64,000 nucleotides of DNA, from positions 467-64,466 of the forward strand of contig CAZSIX010000009.1 of the NCBI GenBank assembly GCA_964607145.1, read 5' to 3'. This DNA comes from an uncultured Planctomycetota bacterium (lineage in GTDB: Bacteria; Planctomycetota; JAJSAM01; JAKLKS01). Below are positions 55,525 through 64,000 of the stretch, one piece after another. How positions within the stretch are numbered: the stretch's first letter is position 1; each line of letters opens with the position of its first letter. The notes beneath the pieces are model-generated. The model searched no databases, was not told the DNA's origin, and worked only from the letters and a program-made list of their open reading frames with translations. The translations under genes and the position numbers were made by a program.

Positions 55525-57393
55525 GTGTGCGGCATCGCGGGGATCGTGCGGCCGACCGGGGGTCCCCCGGGGGAGACGGACCGCGTCCGCGCCATGCTCG
55601 CGGCCATGGCCCATCGCGGTCCCGACGAGGTGCGGGTCACCGCCCTCCCCGGGGCGACCGTGGGAGTGGCCCGGCTGGCCGTCGTCGACGGAGCGCGGTC
55701 CTCGCAGCCCATGGGGGACCGGGACTCCGGGATCCACCTGGTCTTCAACGGGTTCGTCAGCAACTTCGTGGAGTTGCGGCGGACGCTGGCGGAGGAGGGG
55801 GAGACGTTCGCGACGTCCGGCGACACGGAGGTCCTGCTCCGGGTGCTGGTGCGCCGGTGGGACGGGGGGCCGGAACTCCTGGACGGGATGTTCGCCTTCG
55901 CCGCCCACGACCCGGGCCGCCGTCGGACGCTCCTCGCGCGGGACCCCTTCGGCGTGAAGCCGCTGTACGTGGCGAAGGACGGGGACGCGTTCCTCTTCGC
56001 CAGCGAGGCGCGCGGGCTGCTCGCGGCGCTGCCCGGTCGCCCCGTGGTGGATCGGGAGGCGCTGCTGGAGTACCTGGCGTTCCAGGTGCCTCTCGGGGAT
56101 CGCACGCTCTACCGGGGGGTGCGACGGCTCCCGCCGGGCACGCTCCTGGAGGTCGACGGGGACGGCGTCCGCGAGCGGCGGTGGTGGTGGCCCCCGGTGC
56201 CCGGCTCGCGCCCTCTCCCCTTCCGCGACGCCGCGGAGGCGCTGCGGGCTGCCGCCGGGGAATCCGTCCAGCGGAGCCTCCGCGCCGACCTCCCCGTGGG
56301 GGTCTGCCTCAGCGGGGGCCTGGACTCGAGTCTCGTGGCCGCCCTCGCCGCCCCGGGAGGGGACCGCGTGGCCGCCCACTTCCACGGGGCCTACGACGCG
56401 GGCCCCGCCTACGACGAGCGGGTCCACGCCCGCTGCGCCGCCGCGGGCCTCCCCGCTCCCCTGCGGGAGACCGTCATCGCGCCGGCGGCGGTGGCGGAGC
56501 ATCTCCCGCGCATCGCCCGGGACCTGGACGAGCCCATGGCGGGGCCCGGCGTCATCGGCACGTGGTTCGTCGCGCGGGAGGCCTCCGACTCCGTCCGCGT
56601 CCTCCTGGGCGGCCACGGGGCCGACGAGGTGTTCTCCGGCTACGCGCGCCACCTGGCGGTGGAGTTCGGGCAGGCCCTCGGCGGCGCCGCCGCGGGGGAC
56701 GTGGGGTCGCTGCTCACGCTGCTCCCCAGGCTGGGCGCGCTGCGGGGCTACGAACCGCTGGTGGCGGGGTGCTTCGCCGGCGGGGACCCGTTCCCGCCGC
56801 CGGAGGAGCGCTTCTTCCGCACCGTGTTCCGGGGCGGCGGGCTGGAGGACGTGCTGCAACCGGACGTGGTGGCGGAACTGGCCGACTGGGGGCCGCGGAA
56901 GCGGTTCGCGGCGGTGTTCCCGGGGGCCGCCGCGGGAGACCTCCGCGCCCGCATGGCGGAGTTCGAGCGACGGGTGCTGCTGCCGGCGCTCCTCCACGTG
57001 GAGGACCGGGCGACCATGGCCCACGGGGTCGAGTCCCGCGTGCCGCTCCTGGGGCGGGAGGTGGTGGAGGGGGCCCTCGCCCTGGCGCCGGAGGTGCGGT
57101 GGGAGGGGGGCGGCCTCAAGCCGCTCCTGCGGGAGGTGGCGCGGCCCTTGGTGGCGGCGGCGGTCCTGGCGCGGGAGGACAAGATGGGCTTCCCCGTCCC
57201 CCTGGCGCCGTGGTCCCGCGGACCGCTGCGGGAGTTCGTGGGGGACCTCCTGCTGTGCGACGGGGCGCGGCGTCGCGGCCTCTGGCGGCCCCAAGCCGTG
57301 GAGGGGCTCCTGCGGGGCGAGGGCATCGACGGCCGCCGGCTCTGGGCCCTCCTCTCCGTGGAGCTCTGGTTCCGCGAGTGCGTGCGCGCGTGA
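55525..57393 (+). CDS. asnB: Asparagine synthase-like glutamine amidotransferase, 622 aa
   Basis: MCGIAG (catalytic Cys2), HRGPD, LARDPFGVKPLY, LSGGLDSS, GHGADEVFSGY, ESRVPLL and KMGFPVP. Confidence 0.93.
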   Translation: MCGIAGIVRPTGGPPGETDRVRAMLAAMAHRGPDEVRVTALPGATVGVARLAVVDGARSSQPMGDRDSGIHLVFNGFVSNFVELRRTLAEEGETFATSGDTEVLLRVLVRRWDGGPELLDGMFAFAAHDPGRRRTLLARDPFGVKPLYVAKDGDAFLFASEARGLLAALPGRPVVDREALLEYLAFQVPLGDRTLYRGVRRLPPGTLLEVDGDGVRERRWWWPPVPGSRPLPFRDAAEALRAAAGESVQRSLRADLPVGVCLSGGLDSSLVAALAAPGGDRVAAHFHGAYDAGPAYDERVHARCAAAGLPAPLRETVIAPAAVAEHLPRIARDLDEPMAGPGVIGTWFVAREASDSVRVLLGGHGADEVFSGYARHLAVEFGQALGGAAAGDVGSLLTLLPRLGALRGYEPLVAGCFAGGDPFPPPEERFFRTVFRGGGLEDVLQPDVVAELADWGPRKRFAAVFPGAAAGDLRARMAEFERRVLLPALLHVEDRATMAHGVESRVPLLGREVVEGALALAPEVRWEGGGLKPLLREVARPLVAAAVLAREDKMGFPVPLAPWSRGPLREFVGDLLLCDGARRRGLWRPQAVEGLLRGEGIDGRRLWALLSVELWFRECVRA

Positions 57394-57464
57394 GCCCCCC
57401 ACCTCTGTCCACCGCCGACCCCGCGGACGGTAGAGTCTCCCCTTTCGGCGGCGGGAGGTGTTCC

Positions 57465-58352
57465 ATGGCGGCGCGCGCGTCGATGCTGCTCCTGGCGGTG
57501 GTCTCCGGTCTCTCCGGCGGGTGCGCGGGACCGGACCTGCCCCCGCTTCCGGCGCATCCCGAGGGGCGCGTGCAGGGGGTCCTTCCGCCGCCGCCGCCGC
57601 CGGAGGACGTTCCCCCCCGCGCCCCGGATCCGCCGCCCGGGACGGCCCCGGCGCCCACGGATTCGGTGCCCCCGCCGCCGGACGGTGCCGGGGCCCCCGT
57701 GGCCACGGTGCGCGGCGGCGCTCCCGCCGCCGCCCGGGACGGCGAACCGCTCCTGCCGGGAGTGCTCCTCCGGGGCCCCGCGCTGGCCGGGGGGGGCGCG
57801 GAGTTCCACGTGTCCAACGGGGCCGGCGTGGAACTCCCGGACCTGATCCTGACGGTGCAGTTCGTCCTCGGAGGGGAGGGACCGGAGGAGGATCGCACGT
57901 GGCTGGAGACCGTGGAGGCCCCCCTCGCCGCCGGCGAGACGCGCGCCTTCCGCGTGGTCCCGTCGCGGGTCGACGGCGGCGCTCCGGTCCGGTTCCGCGT
58001 GGATGCGGGGTCGCCGGAGATCCTCGCCGTGGCGGAGGGCGGCGGCCGCGGGACGACGTTCCTGGGGGGCCGCATGGAGTGCGTGGAACTGGAGATGGAT
58101 CTCACCGCGGCGGAGCCCTTCGCCTCCGTGGGGCTGGCGCCCACGCGCGGCGCCAGCGCCGCCTCCCTCGGCTCGCTGGAGGCCCAACTCCTCCTCTCCC
58201 GCGCCGGCCGACTCGTCTGGGCGGGTCCCTGGATCCGGATCCCCGAGGCGGTGCGGGGTGAGGATGCCGTGCGCCGCCTGCGCTGGAACCTCCGCTCCGC
58301 CGGGGGGACCGCCGGAACGACGCCCTACCTCCGGGTCCGCGAGCGGCAGTGA
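57465..58352 (+). CDS. Hypothetical lipoprotein with Pro-rich linker, 295 aa
   Basis: Lipobox LSGGC, Pro-rich spacer and beta-rich C-terminal domains. GGGAGG RBS. Confidence 0.7.
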   Translation: MAARASMLLLAVVSGLSGGCAGPDLPPLPAHPEGRVQGVLPPPPPPEDVPPRAPDPPPGTAPAPTDSVPPPPDGAGAPVATVRGGAPAAARDGEPLLPGVLLRGPALAGGGAEFHVSNGAGVELPDLILTVQFVLGGEGPEEDRTWLETVEAPLAAGETRAFRVVPSRVDGGAPVRFRVDAGSPEILAVAEGGGRGTTFLGGRMECVELEMDLTAAEPFASVGLAPTRGASAASLGSLEAQLLLSRAGRLVWAGPWIRIPEAVRGEDAVRRLRWNLRSAGGTAGTTPYLRVRERQ

Positions 58353-61300
58353 CCGGAGCGGCCGGGACGGGGAGCGCGGAGCGCGGACCCTCCGCGGCGG
58401 CGTGGCGCGGGCCCGTGGAGGCGGGCTTGGTGGCGGTGGCGCTCTACGGGCTCGCGGCGGCGGCGGCGGGGGGTCTGGGGTTCGTCAACTACGACGACCC
58501 GGAGGTGGTGTTCCGCAACCCGGTCTCCTCGCCGGGGACGCTCCACCGCGCGTTCACGGAGACGATGGCGCACGCCTGGCTCCCGCTGTACGCGCTCTCC
58601 CTGGGCGTCGATGGCATCCTGTTCGGCACCGCCGACGCGACCGGGTTCCACCTCCACTCGTTCCTGCTCCACGGCGTGAACGCGGCGCTCGTCTCCCTCC
58701 TCGCGTTCCGGCTCGGCGGGAGCCGCCGCACGGCGCTCCTGGCGGGGCTGATCTTCGCCGTGCACCCGGCGGTGTCCGAGTCCGTGGCGTGGGTCTCGTC
58801 GCGGAAGGACCTGCTCTCCTTCACCCTCGCCGCGGGGGCGGCGGCGGTGTTCCTCCGGGCGGAGGACCGGGGGCGGTGGACCCTCCACGGCTGGGGCGCG
58901 GCCCTGCTGGGGCTGGCCCTGCTGGCGAAGGGGACCGTGGTCGTGCTTCCGCTGCTGCTGGCGCTGGCGGTGCTCGCCCGCGCCGCCGACGGGGCGGCGC
59001 GCCGACGGGGGCTTCGCGCCGTGGTGCCCTACGCGGCGGTGGCGCTGGCGGGCACCCTGCTGCACCTCGCCGTGGCCGCCCGGGAGGGCACCGTCTCCGG
59101 AGATCCCGTGCCGGGGACGACGGCGGCGACCCTCGCGTGGTCCGGGGCGCGCGCCCTGGCGCTGTACGCCATGACGCTGGGGGCGCCCGTCGCGCTCAGC
59201 GTGGAGCACGGCCTGGACTCCGCCGCCGGATTCGACCTGGCGGCGGCCGCGGGACTGGTCCTCGCGGCGGGGGCGGTGGTCCTGGCGGTGGGCGTGGCGA
59301 GGGGGCGGGTGTCGCCGGCGGGCGCGCTGGCGCTGGCCGTGGTGGCGGCGCTCCTCCCGTTCAACGGGGTCTTCCCCCGCACCGACGTGGTCTTCGCCGA
59401 ACGGTATCTCTACGTCGCCGCGGCGCCGGCGGCGGCGCTGGCGGCGCTCTGGCTGGGCCACGTCCCCGGGGGCGGCGGCCGCGCCCTGGCGGCGACGGCG
59501 GTGGCCGCCCTGGGCACGCTCACGTTCCTCCGCACCGCGGACTGGAAGGACTCCGAGTCCCTCTGGCGCTCCGCCGTGGAGCGGGCGCCCGCCAGCGCCC
59601 TGGCCCGGGGCAAACTGGGGGAGGCCCTCATGGAACGGGCCCTCGCCTCGGCGGACCCGGCGGAGCGTCGCGCGCTGTTCGGGGCGGCGGCGGAGGAGCA
59701 CCGCCTCGCCGCCGCCACCGCGCTCCGGCCCCCCCTCCGGTTCCGCGCCCTGCAGGACCGCGGGCTCGCGCTGCTGGGCACCGACGACGCCGCCGCCGCG
59801 CTGGAGGCGCTGGACGGCGCGCGGGCGCTGCTGGCCCCGGCGGGCCCCGTGGACGGCCCCGGCCTCGGCGCGTCGCTGGAGGTCAACCGGGCGCTGGCGC
59901 TGGAGCGCCTCGGCCGCGAGGAGGAGGCCGTGCGGGCGCTGGAGGCCGCCGTGGCGGAGGACCCCTCGGCCGCCGCCGCCTGGCACAACCTGGGCGCCCT
60001 CCGCGCCCGCGCCGGCGACGGCGAAGGGGCGCGGGAGGCGCAGCGGCGGGCGCTGGCGGCGGACCCCGGGTTCCTCGGGGCCCGCCTCGCCATGGCCGAT
60101 CTGGAACTGCTCGCCGGCGACTTCGCCGCCGCCCTGCGGGAGGCGGCACGCGCGGTGGAGGTCTCCCGCGGGGACCCCGAGGCCCTGGTGAAGGCCGCCG
60201 AGATCGCCGCCCTCCTCGGCCGGCCGGTGCAGGCGGAGGAGTGGTACCGGCGCGCCTGCGCCGCGGCCCCCCGCCTCCCCGCGGCCCGGGAGGGGCTGGC
60301 CCGGGCCCTGTCCCAGCGATCCCGCGCCGCCCTGATGCAGGGGAAGGGGGCGGACGCCGTGCGTGCGGCGCGGGAAGCGGTGCGCGTCGACCCCGCCGGC
60401 CCGGGGCCCCGGTTCTGCCTCGGCGACGCCCTCCGCGGCGCCGGGGACGGGGAGGGCGCCGCGGCGGCGTACCGCGAGGCGCTGGAGCGCGGCGGCGGGG
60501 ATGCGGCCCGGGACGCCTGCGCCTCCCTCCACCTGGCGAAGGCGCGCGCGGCGGCGGTCGCCGGGAGCGTCGACGCCGCGCGGCGCGCCGTCGAGGCGGC
60601 GCTGGCGGAGGGGCCCCGGGTCCTCCACCTCGGCGGCGCCGGGCCCCGCGTCGAGGTCGGCTTCGACCGCATCCCGCCCGCAGGGGAGGCCCCCGAGGAG
60701 GTCCGCGGCCCGCTCCTGGACGGACTGCTCTCCCTGGTGGCGGGGGAGCACGGCGCGGCCATCGCCTCCCTCAGCACGGCCATCGGCGGGGGGCGAGGCA
60801 CCGTGGCTCCGGACCCCGCCGGGCCCGGCGGCGCCGTGGAGGCGGCCCTCCTGCTCCGTTCCCGCGCGCGCAGCCTGGTGCCGGACCCGGAGGGGGCGGC
60901 GGCGGACCTGGAGGAACTGACCCGCCGCATTCCCCGCGATGCCCGCGCCTGGTTCCATCTGGGGCAGGCGCTCACGGTCCGGGCCGCCCAGCGGCGGGCC
61001 GACGGCCACGCCGACGGGGCCGCGGGGGACGACGGCGCCGCCGCCGCGGCGCTGGAGAAGGCGCGGTCCATGGACCCCTCCCTCGTGGAGGCTTCCATCG
61101 CGCTGGCGGAACTCCACTTCACGGCGGGCCGTCCGGTGGACGCCATCCGCGAGGTGAACGGCGTGCTCGCGGCGGCGCCGGATCGCGTCGAGGCCCACCT
61201 CGTGCTGGGGGACATCATGAAGGCGCAGGGGGCCCAGGGGCCGGACGGTTCCGGCCTCTCCGACGCCGAGGCGGCCTACCGGCGGGCCCTCGCCCTGGAG

Positions 61301-62260
61301 CCCGGCGCCGCCCGGGCCCTGGCGGGGCTCGGGGAGGTGGCGGCGCTGGGGGGCCGCAACCGGGACGCCCTCACCTACGTGCTCCGGGCGCTGGCGCTGG
61401 AGCCGTCCCTCCCGCAGGCGCGGTCCCTGGCGGCGCTCCTCTTCCTCCGCGGCGGTCGGGCCCGCATCGAGCAGCGGGACGGCGCCGGGGCGCTGGATGC
61501 GGCGACGCGGGCCGAGTCGCTGGGCGGGGAGACGCCGGCCCTCTGTCTCGTCCGGGCGGACGCCCACCGCCTCCTGGGGGACTGGGCCGCCTCCCACCGC
61601 GAGGTGGAGCGGGCCCGCTCCCTGGCGCCCGCCGACCCGGAGGTCCGCGACGCCCTCGCCGCCCACTACCGGGACGTGGGTTATGCGCTGCTCCTCCATG
61701 GGCGCCGCGCCGAGGCCGACGAGGCATTCCGCCGGGCGCTGGCCGCCGACGGCCCCTCCGTGGACCTCTCCCAGGTGCGCCTCGTGCTGGAGCGGGGTGT
61801 CGCTCCCCCGGAGGTCCCCGCCGGCGCCGACCCGGCCATGGGGGCGGCGCTGGACCGGCTGGTGGCGGCGGCCCGGGAGCGATTCGATCGGGGCGCCGAG
61901 GCCCTGAAGGCGGGGGACCCGACGGGCGCGGCGGAGCGGTTCCGGGAGTCCCTGGCGCAGTACGAGACCGCCCACGGCCGGTTCGCCCTCGGCGTGGCCC
62001 TGGAGGCGGCGGGGGAGCGGGGGGCCGCGGAGGAGGCCTACGGACGGGCGCTCACCCTCGACGGCGCCTTCGCCGATGCCTCGCTGAACCTGGGCGGGCT
62101 GCTGTACCGTCGGGGGGCCAAGAAGGAGGCCGCGGAGGCCTACCGTTCCTACCTCCGCAACCTGCCCCGGGCCCGGGCCGGCGACGGGGCCACCGTGGCG
62201 AAGGTGCGCTCGCTCCTCGAGGCGCTGGAGGGGGCGGACGCCGGAGAGGGGGGGCGATGA
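58349..62260 (+). CDS. TMTC-like GT-C membrane glycosyltransferase with extensive TPR array, 1303 aa
   Basis: FVNYDDPEVVFRNP first loop, HPAVSESVAWVSSRKDLL, AERYLY, multiple TM helices, then many TPRs. Confidence 0.85.
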   Translation: MTGAAGTGSAERGPSAAAWRGPVEAGLVAVALYGLAAAAAGGLGFVNYDDPEVVFRNPVSSPGTLHRAFTETMAHAWLPLYALSLGVDGILFGTADATGFHLHSFLLHGVNAALVSLLAFRLGGSRRTALLAGLIFAVHPAVSESVAWVSSRKDLLSFTLAAGAAAVFLRAEDRGRWTLHGWGAALLGLALLAKGTVVVLPLLLALAVLARAADGAARRRGLRAVVPYAAVALAGTLLHLAVAAREGTVSGDPVPGTTAATLAWSGARALALYAMTLGAPVALSVEHGLDSAAGFDLAAAAGLVLAAGAVVLAVGVARGRVSPAGALALAVVAALLPFNGVFPRTDVVFAERYLYVAAAPAAALAALWLGHVPGGGGRALAATAVAALGTLTFLRTADWKDSESLWRSAVERAPASALARGKLGEALMERALASADPAERRALFGAAAEEHRLAAATALRPPLRFRALQDRGLALLGTDDAAAALEALDGARALLAPAGPVDGPGLGASLEVNRALALERLGREEEAVRALEAAVAEDPSAAAAWHNLGALRARAGDGEGAREAQRRALAADPGFLGARLAMADLELLAGDFAAALREAARAVEVSRGDPEALVKAAEIAALLGRPVQAEEWYRRACAAAPRLPAAREGLARALSQRSRAALMQGKGADAVRAAREAVRVDPAGPGPRFCLGDALRGAGDGEGAAAAYREALERGGGDAARDACASLHLAKARAAAVAGSVDAARRAVEAALAEGPRVLHLGGAGPRVEVGFDRIPPAGEAPEEVRGPLLDGLLSLVAGEHGAAIASLSTAIGGGRGTVAPDPAGPGGAVEAALLLRSRARSLVPDPEGAAADLEELTRRIPRDARAWFHLGQALTVRAAQRRADGHADGAAGDDGAAAAALEKARSMDPSLVEASIALAELHFTAGRPVDAIREVNGVLAAAPDRVEAHLVLGDIMKAQGAQGPDGSGLSDAEAAYRRALALEPGAARALAGLGEVAALGGRNRDALTYVLRALALEPSLPQARSLAALLFLRGGRARIEQRDGAGALDAATRAESLGGETPALCLVRADAHRLLGDWAASHREVERARSLAPADPEVRDALAAHYRDVGYALLLHGRRAEADEAFRRALAADGPSVDLSQVRLVLERGVAPPEVPAGADPAMGAALDRLVAAARERFDRGAEALKAGDPTGAAERFRESLAQYETAHGRFALGVALEAAGERGAAEEAYGRALTLDGAFADASLNLGGLLYRRGAKKEAAEAYRSYLRNLPRARAGDGATVAKVRSLLEALEGADAGEGGR

Positions 62261-63027
62261 CCGTGCGGAGGCTTTTCGTGGAGGCGCCGCCGGAGGCGGG
62301 GGTCGCCGCCCTGGACCCGGCCACGGCCCGCCACGCCGTCCGCGTCCTCCGCATGGCGGACGGCGACCCGGTGGTCCTGTTCGACGGCGGGGGCCGGGAG
62401 TGGGACGGCGTCATCCGGCGGGCCCGCAAGGGGAACCTGCTGGTGGACGTGGGCGCCGCCCGGACGGCGGGACGATTCCCCGGCCCCCGGGTCGTGCTGG
62501 CCAGCGGGATCCCCAAGGGCAAGCGGCTTTCGCGGCTCGTCTCCATGGCCACGGAGACGGGCGTGGATCATCTTGTGCTGCTGGTGGGGAGGCGAAGCGC
62601 CGTGCGGGAACTCCCGCCCTCGGCCCTGCAGCGGCTGCGCCGGACGGTGGCCCAGGCGGGGCGGCAGTCGGGGCGGGCATGGCTCCCCGACATCGAGGGG
62701 CCCGTCGAGGTGGGCGCCTTCCTCTCCCGCACCATCCGACCGGGGGAGGCCCGTCTCCTCCCCACCACCGTGGGCTCCCCCCCGCCGCTGCCCGCCCTGG
62801 CGCCTTCCCTCGGCACCGCCGCCACGGCCATCCTCCTGGTGGGCCCCGAGGGGGGCTTCACGGAGGACGAGGAGACGGCGGCGCGATTCGCGGGGTTCCT
62901 CCCCGTGAGCCTCGGCCCCGCGGTGATGCGCGTGGAGACGGCGGGCCCCGTGGGAGTGGCCATGGTGCGGGCGCTGGCGCAACCCGTCGCCGACGATCAC
63001 ACCGTATCCGGACCGGGAGCCGGGTGA
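62257..63027 (+). CDS. rsmE: 16S rRNA m3U1498 methyltransferase
   Basis: HAVRVLRM, KATETG-like MATETGVD, QSGRAWLP, LVGPEGGF and LGPAVMRVETA. Confidence 0.95.
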   Translation: MTVRRLFVEAPPEAGVAALDPATARHAVRVLRMADGDPVVLFDGGGREWDGVIRRARKGNLLVDVGAARTAGRFPGPRVVLASGIPKGKRLSRLVSMATETGVDHLVLLVGRRSAVRELPPSALQRLRRTVAQAGRQSGRAWLPDIEGPVEVGAFLSRTIRPGEARLLPTTVGSPPPLPALAPSLGTAATAILLVGPEGGFTEDEETAARFAGFLPVSLGPAVMRVETAGPVGVAMVRALAQPVADDHTVSGPGAG

Positions 63028-63056
63028 TCGTCCGCGCGTCCGAACTTCCCTCCCCC

Positions 63057-63089
63057 TTGCAACCTGGTTGACGGCCGATAAACTGGTTG
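63057..63089 (+). promoter_or_regulatory. Putative promoter TTGCAA-N16-TAAACT overlapping the dyad CAACC-T-GGTTG and a CTGGTTG direct repeat
   Basis: AT-rich patch 20-50 nt upstream of the TTG start at 63111. Confidence 0.45.
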
Positions 63090-63110
63090 CCGGTTCCTCG
63101 AGGGCAGCCC

Positions 63111-64000
63111 TTGATCCGGTTTCGCGTCGAGGAGGAGTCCGGTACCCGGACCCTGGACATCGATCTGGACGACCTCACGGTGGGTCGCGCCCCCGGCTGC
63201 TCCGTGGCGCTCAAGGACCCGGCGGTGGGCCGGTTCCACGCCTCCCTCCAGCGGGACGGCACCATCCTGCGCCTCGTCGTCTCGGGACGGGGCGGCGGGA
63301 CCTGGGTGAACGGCCGGCCCGTGACGGACACCGCGGAACTGCGGGTGGGGGATCGCCTCACCGTGGGGAAGACCCACCTGGTCCTCGGCTCCATCCTGCC
63401 GGGCCGACCGCGCATCCCCCCGCCTTCCGCCCCGGACCCGCCGGTGGAGGCGCCGGGCCCTCCGGCCACGGCCTCCGACAGCGCCCTGCTCCCCGCCCCC
63501 GGCTCCGACGCCGGGGGGGGCCTCCTGGGGATGCTCCGCCGGGCCGTGACCCCCTCCGCCCCCCCTCCCCCGGCCACCCCCCCGGCTGCGCCGCCGCCCC
63601 CACCCCCGCGCCCCGTGGAGGAGTCGGGGGTCGGCTTCTCCACGGAGGTGCTGCGCGCGCCCGGGAGCAGCGGCGAGGAGGAGGCACGGGCGCTCCGGCG
63701 CATCCTGGAGATCAACACCCGCCTCGCCCGGGAGCGGGACGAGCCGCGGCTGCTGGAGCGCATCCTGCGGGCTGCGGCGGACCTCACCGGTGCGAGCCGG
63801 GGGATCCTCCTCCTCCGGACCGCCGACGGCGAACCCGCGGTGCGGGCCGCGCTGGGAGGGGCGGAGACGGACGCCGAGGCGTGGGCGGCGGCGGCGCGAC
63901 GGGTGCTCCGCACGGGCCGCACCATCCGCATCGAGGGGGAGGGCGGGACCGGCGGCCGGCCCATGCTCTCCGTGCCGCTCCGCGGGGACGGGGACCCGGT
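63111..64000 (+). CDS. FHA-domain, Pro-linker, GAF-domain signalling protein (runs off the window)
   Basis: Manual translation: LTVGRAPGCSVALKDPAVGRFHA...GTWVNG...LRVGDRLTVG (FHA), then ILEINTRLARERDEPRLLERIL (GAF entry). Not in the ORF track because no stop lies inside the window. Confidence 0.85.
   Translation, partial: MIRFRVEEESGTRTLDIDLDDLTVGRAPGCSVALKDPAVGRFHASLQRDGTILRLVVSGRGGGTWVNGRPVTDTAELRVGDRLTVGKTHLVLGSILPGRPRIPPPSAPDPPVEAPGPPATASDSALLPAPGSDAGGGLLGMLRRAVTPSAPPPPATPPAAPPPPPPRPVEESGVGFSTEVLRAPGSSGEEEARALRRILEINTRLARERDEPRLLERILRAAADLTGASRGILLLRTADGEPAVRAALGGAETDAEAWAAAARRVLRTGRTIRIEGEGGTGGRPMLSVPLRGDGDP

Overview
This is a very GC-rich bacterial window with about 45 genes. The gene content (secretin style, ExbBD-TPR cluster, LE(D/E)R-IAP leader motif, LptD and Mla genes) suggests a diderm, probably Planctomycetota; this assignment is inference. 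Much of it is housekeeping or envelope function: greA, MoeB-rhodanese, a stand-alone EF-G, Lon, MlaEFD plus a PqiC-like lipoprotein, ComEC, LptD, CoaD, a double oligopeptide ABC cluster, RidA, UDG, NrnA-like DHH, AsnB-like, TMTC-like and RsmE. Three things stand out. (1) At 2.9-8.9 kb, a separately promoted small acidic Pro/Gly-rich protein with an LNVESLEDRIAP leader motif precedes an ABC-free export cassette: GAF-GAF-MFP, MFP, and an RRE-like/M50 peptidase/MFP fusion. (2) At 37-52.7 kb, a co-oriented cluster combines a giant secretin, ExbB, three ExbD paralogues, two exported TPR proteins and degenerate PilM/N and GspM-like genes. (3) A 161-bp MITE-like element with 22-bp terminal inverted repeats and a TTA duplication sits exactly at an exbD stop codon. 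No rRNA, tRNA or CRISPR array was seen. All calls come from reading motifs by eye; no searches were run.
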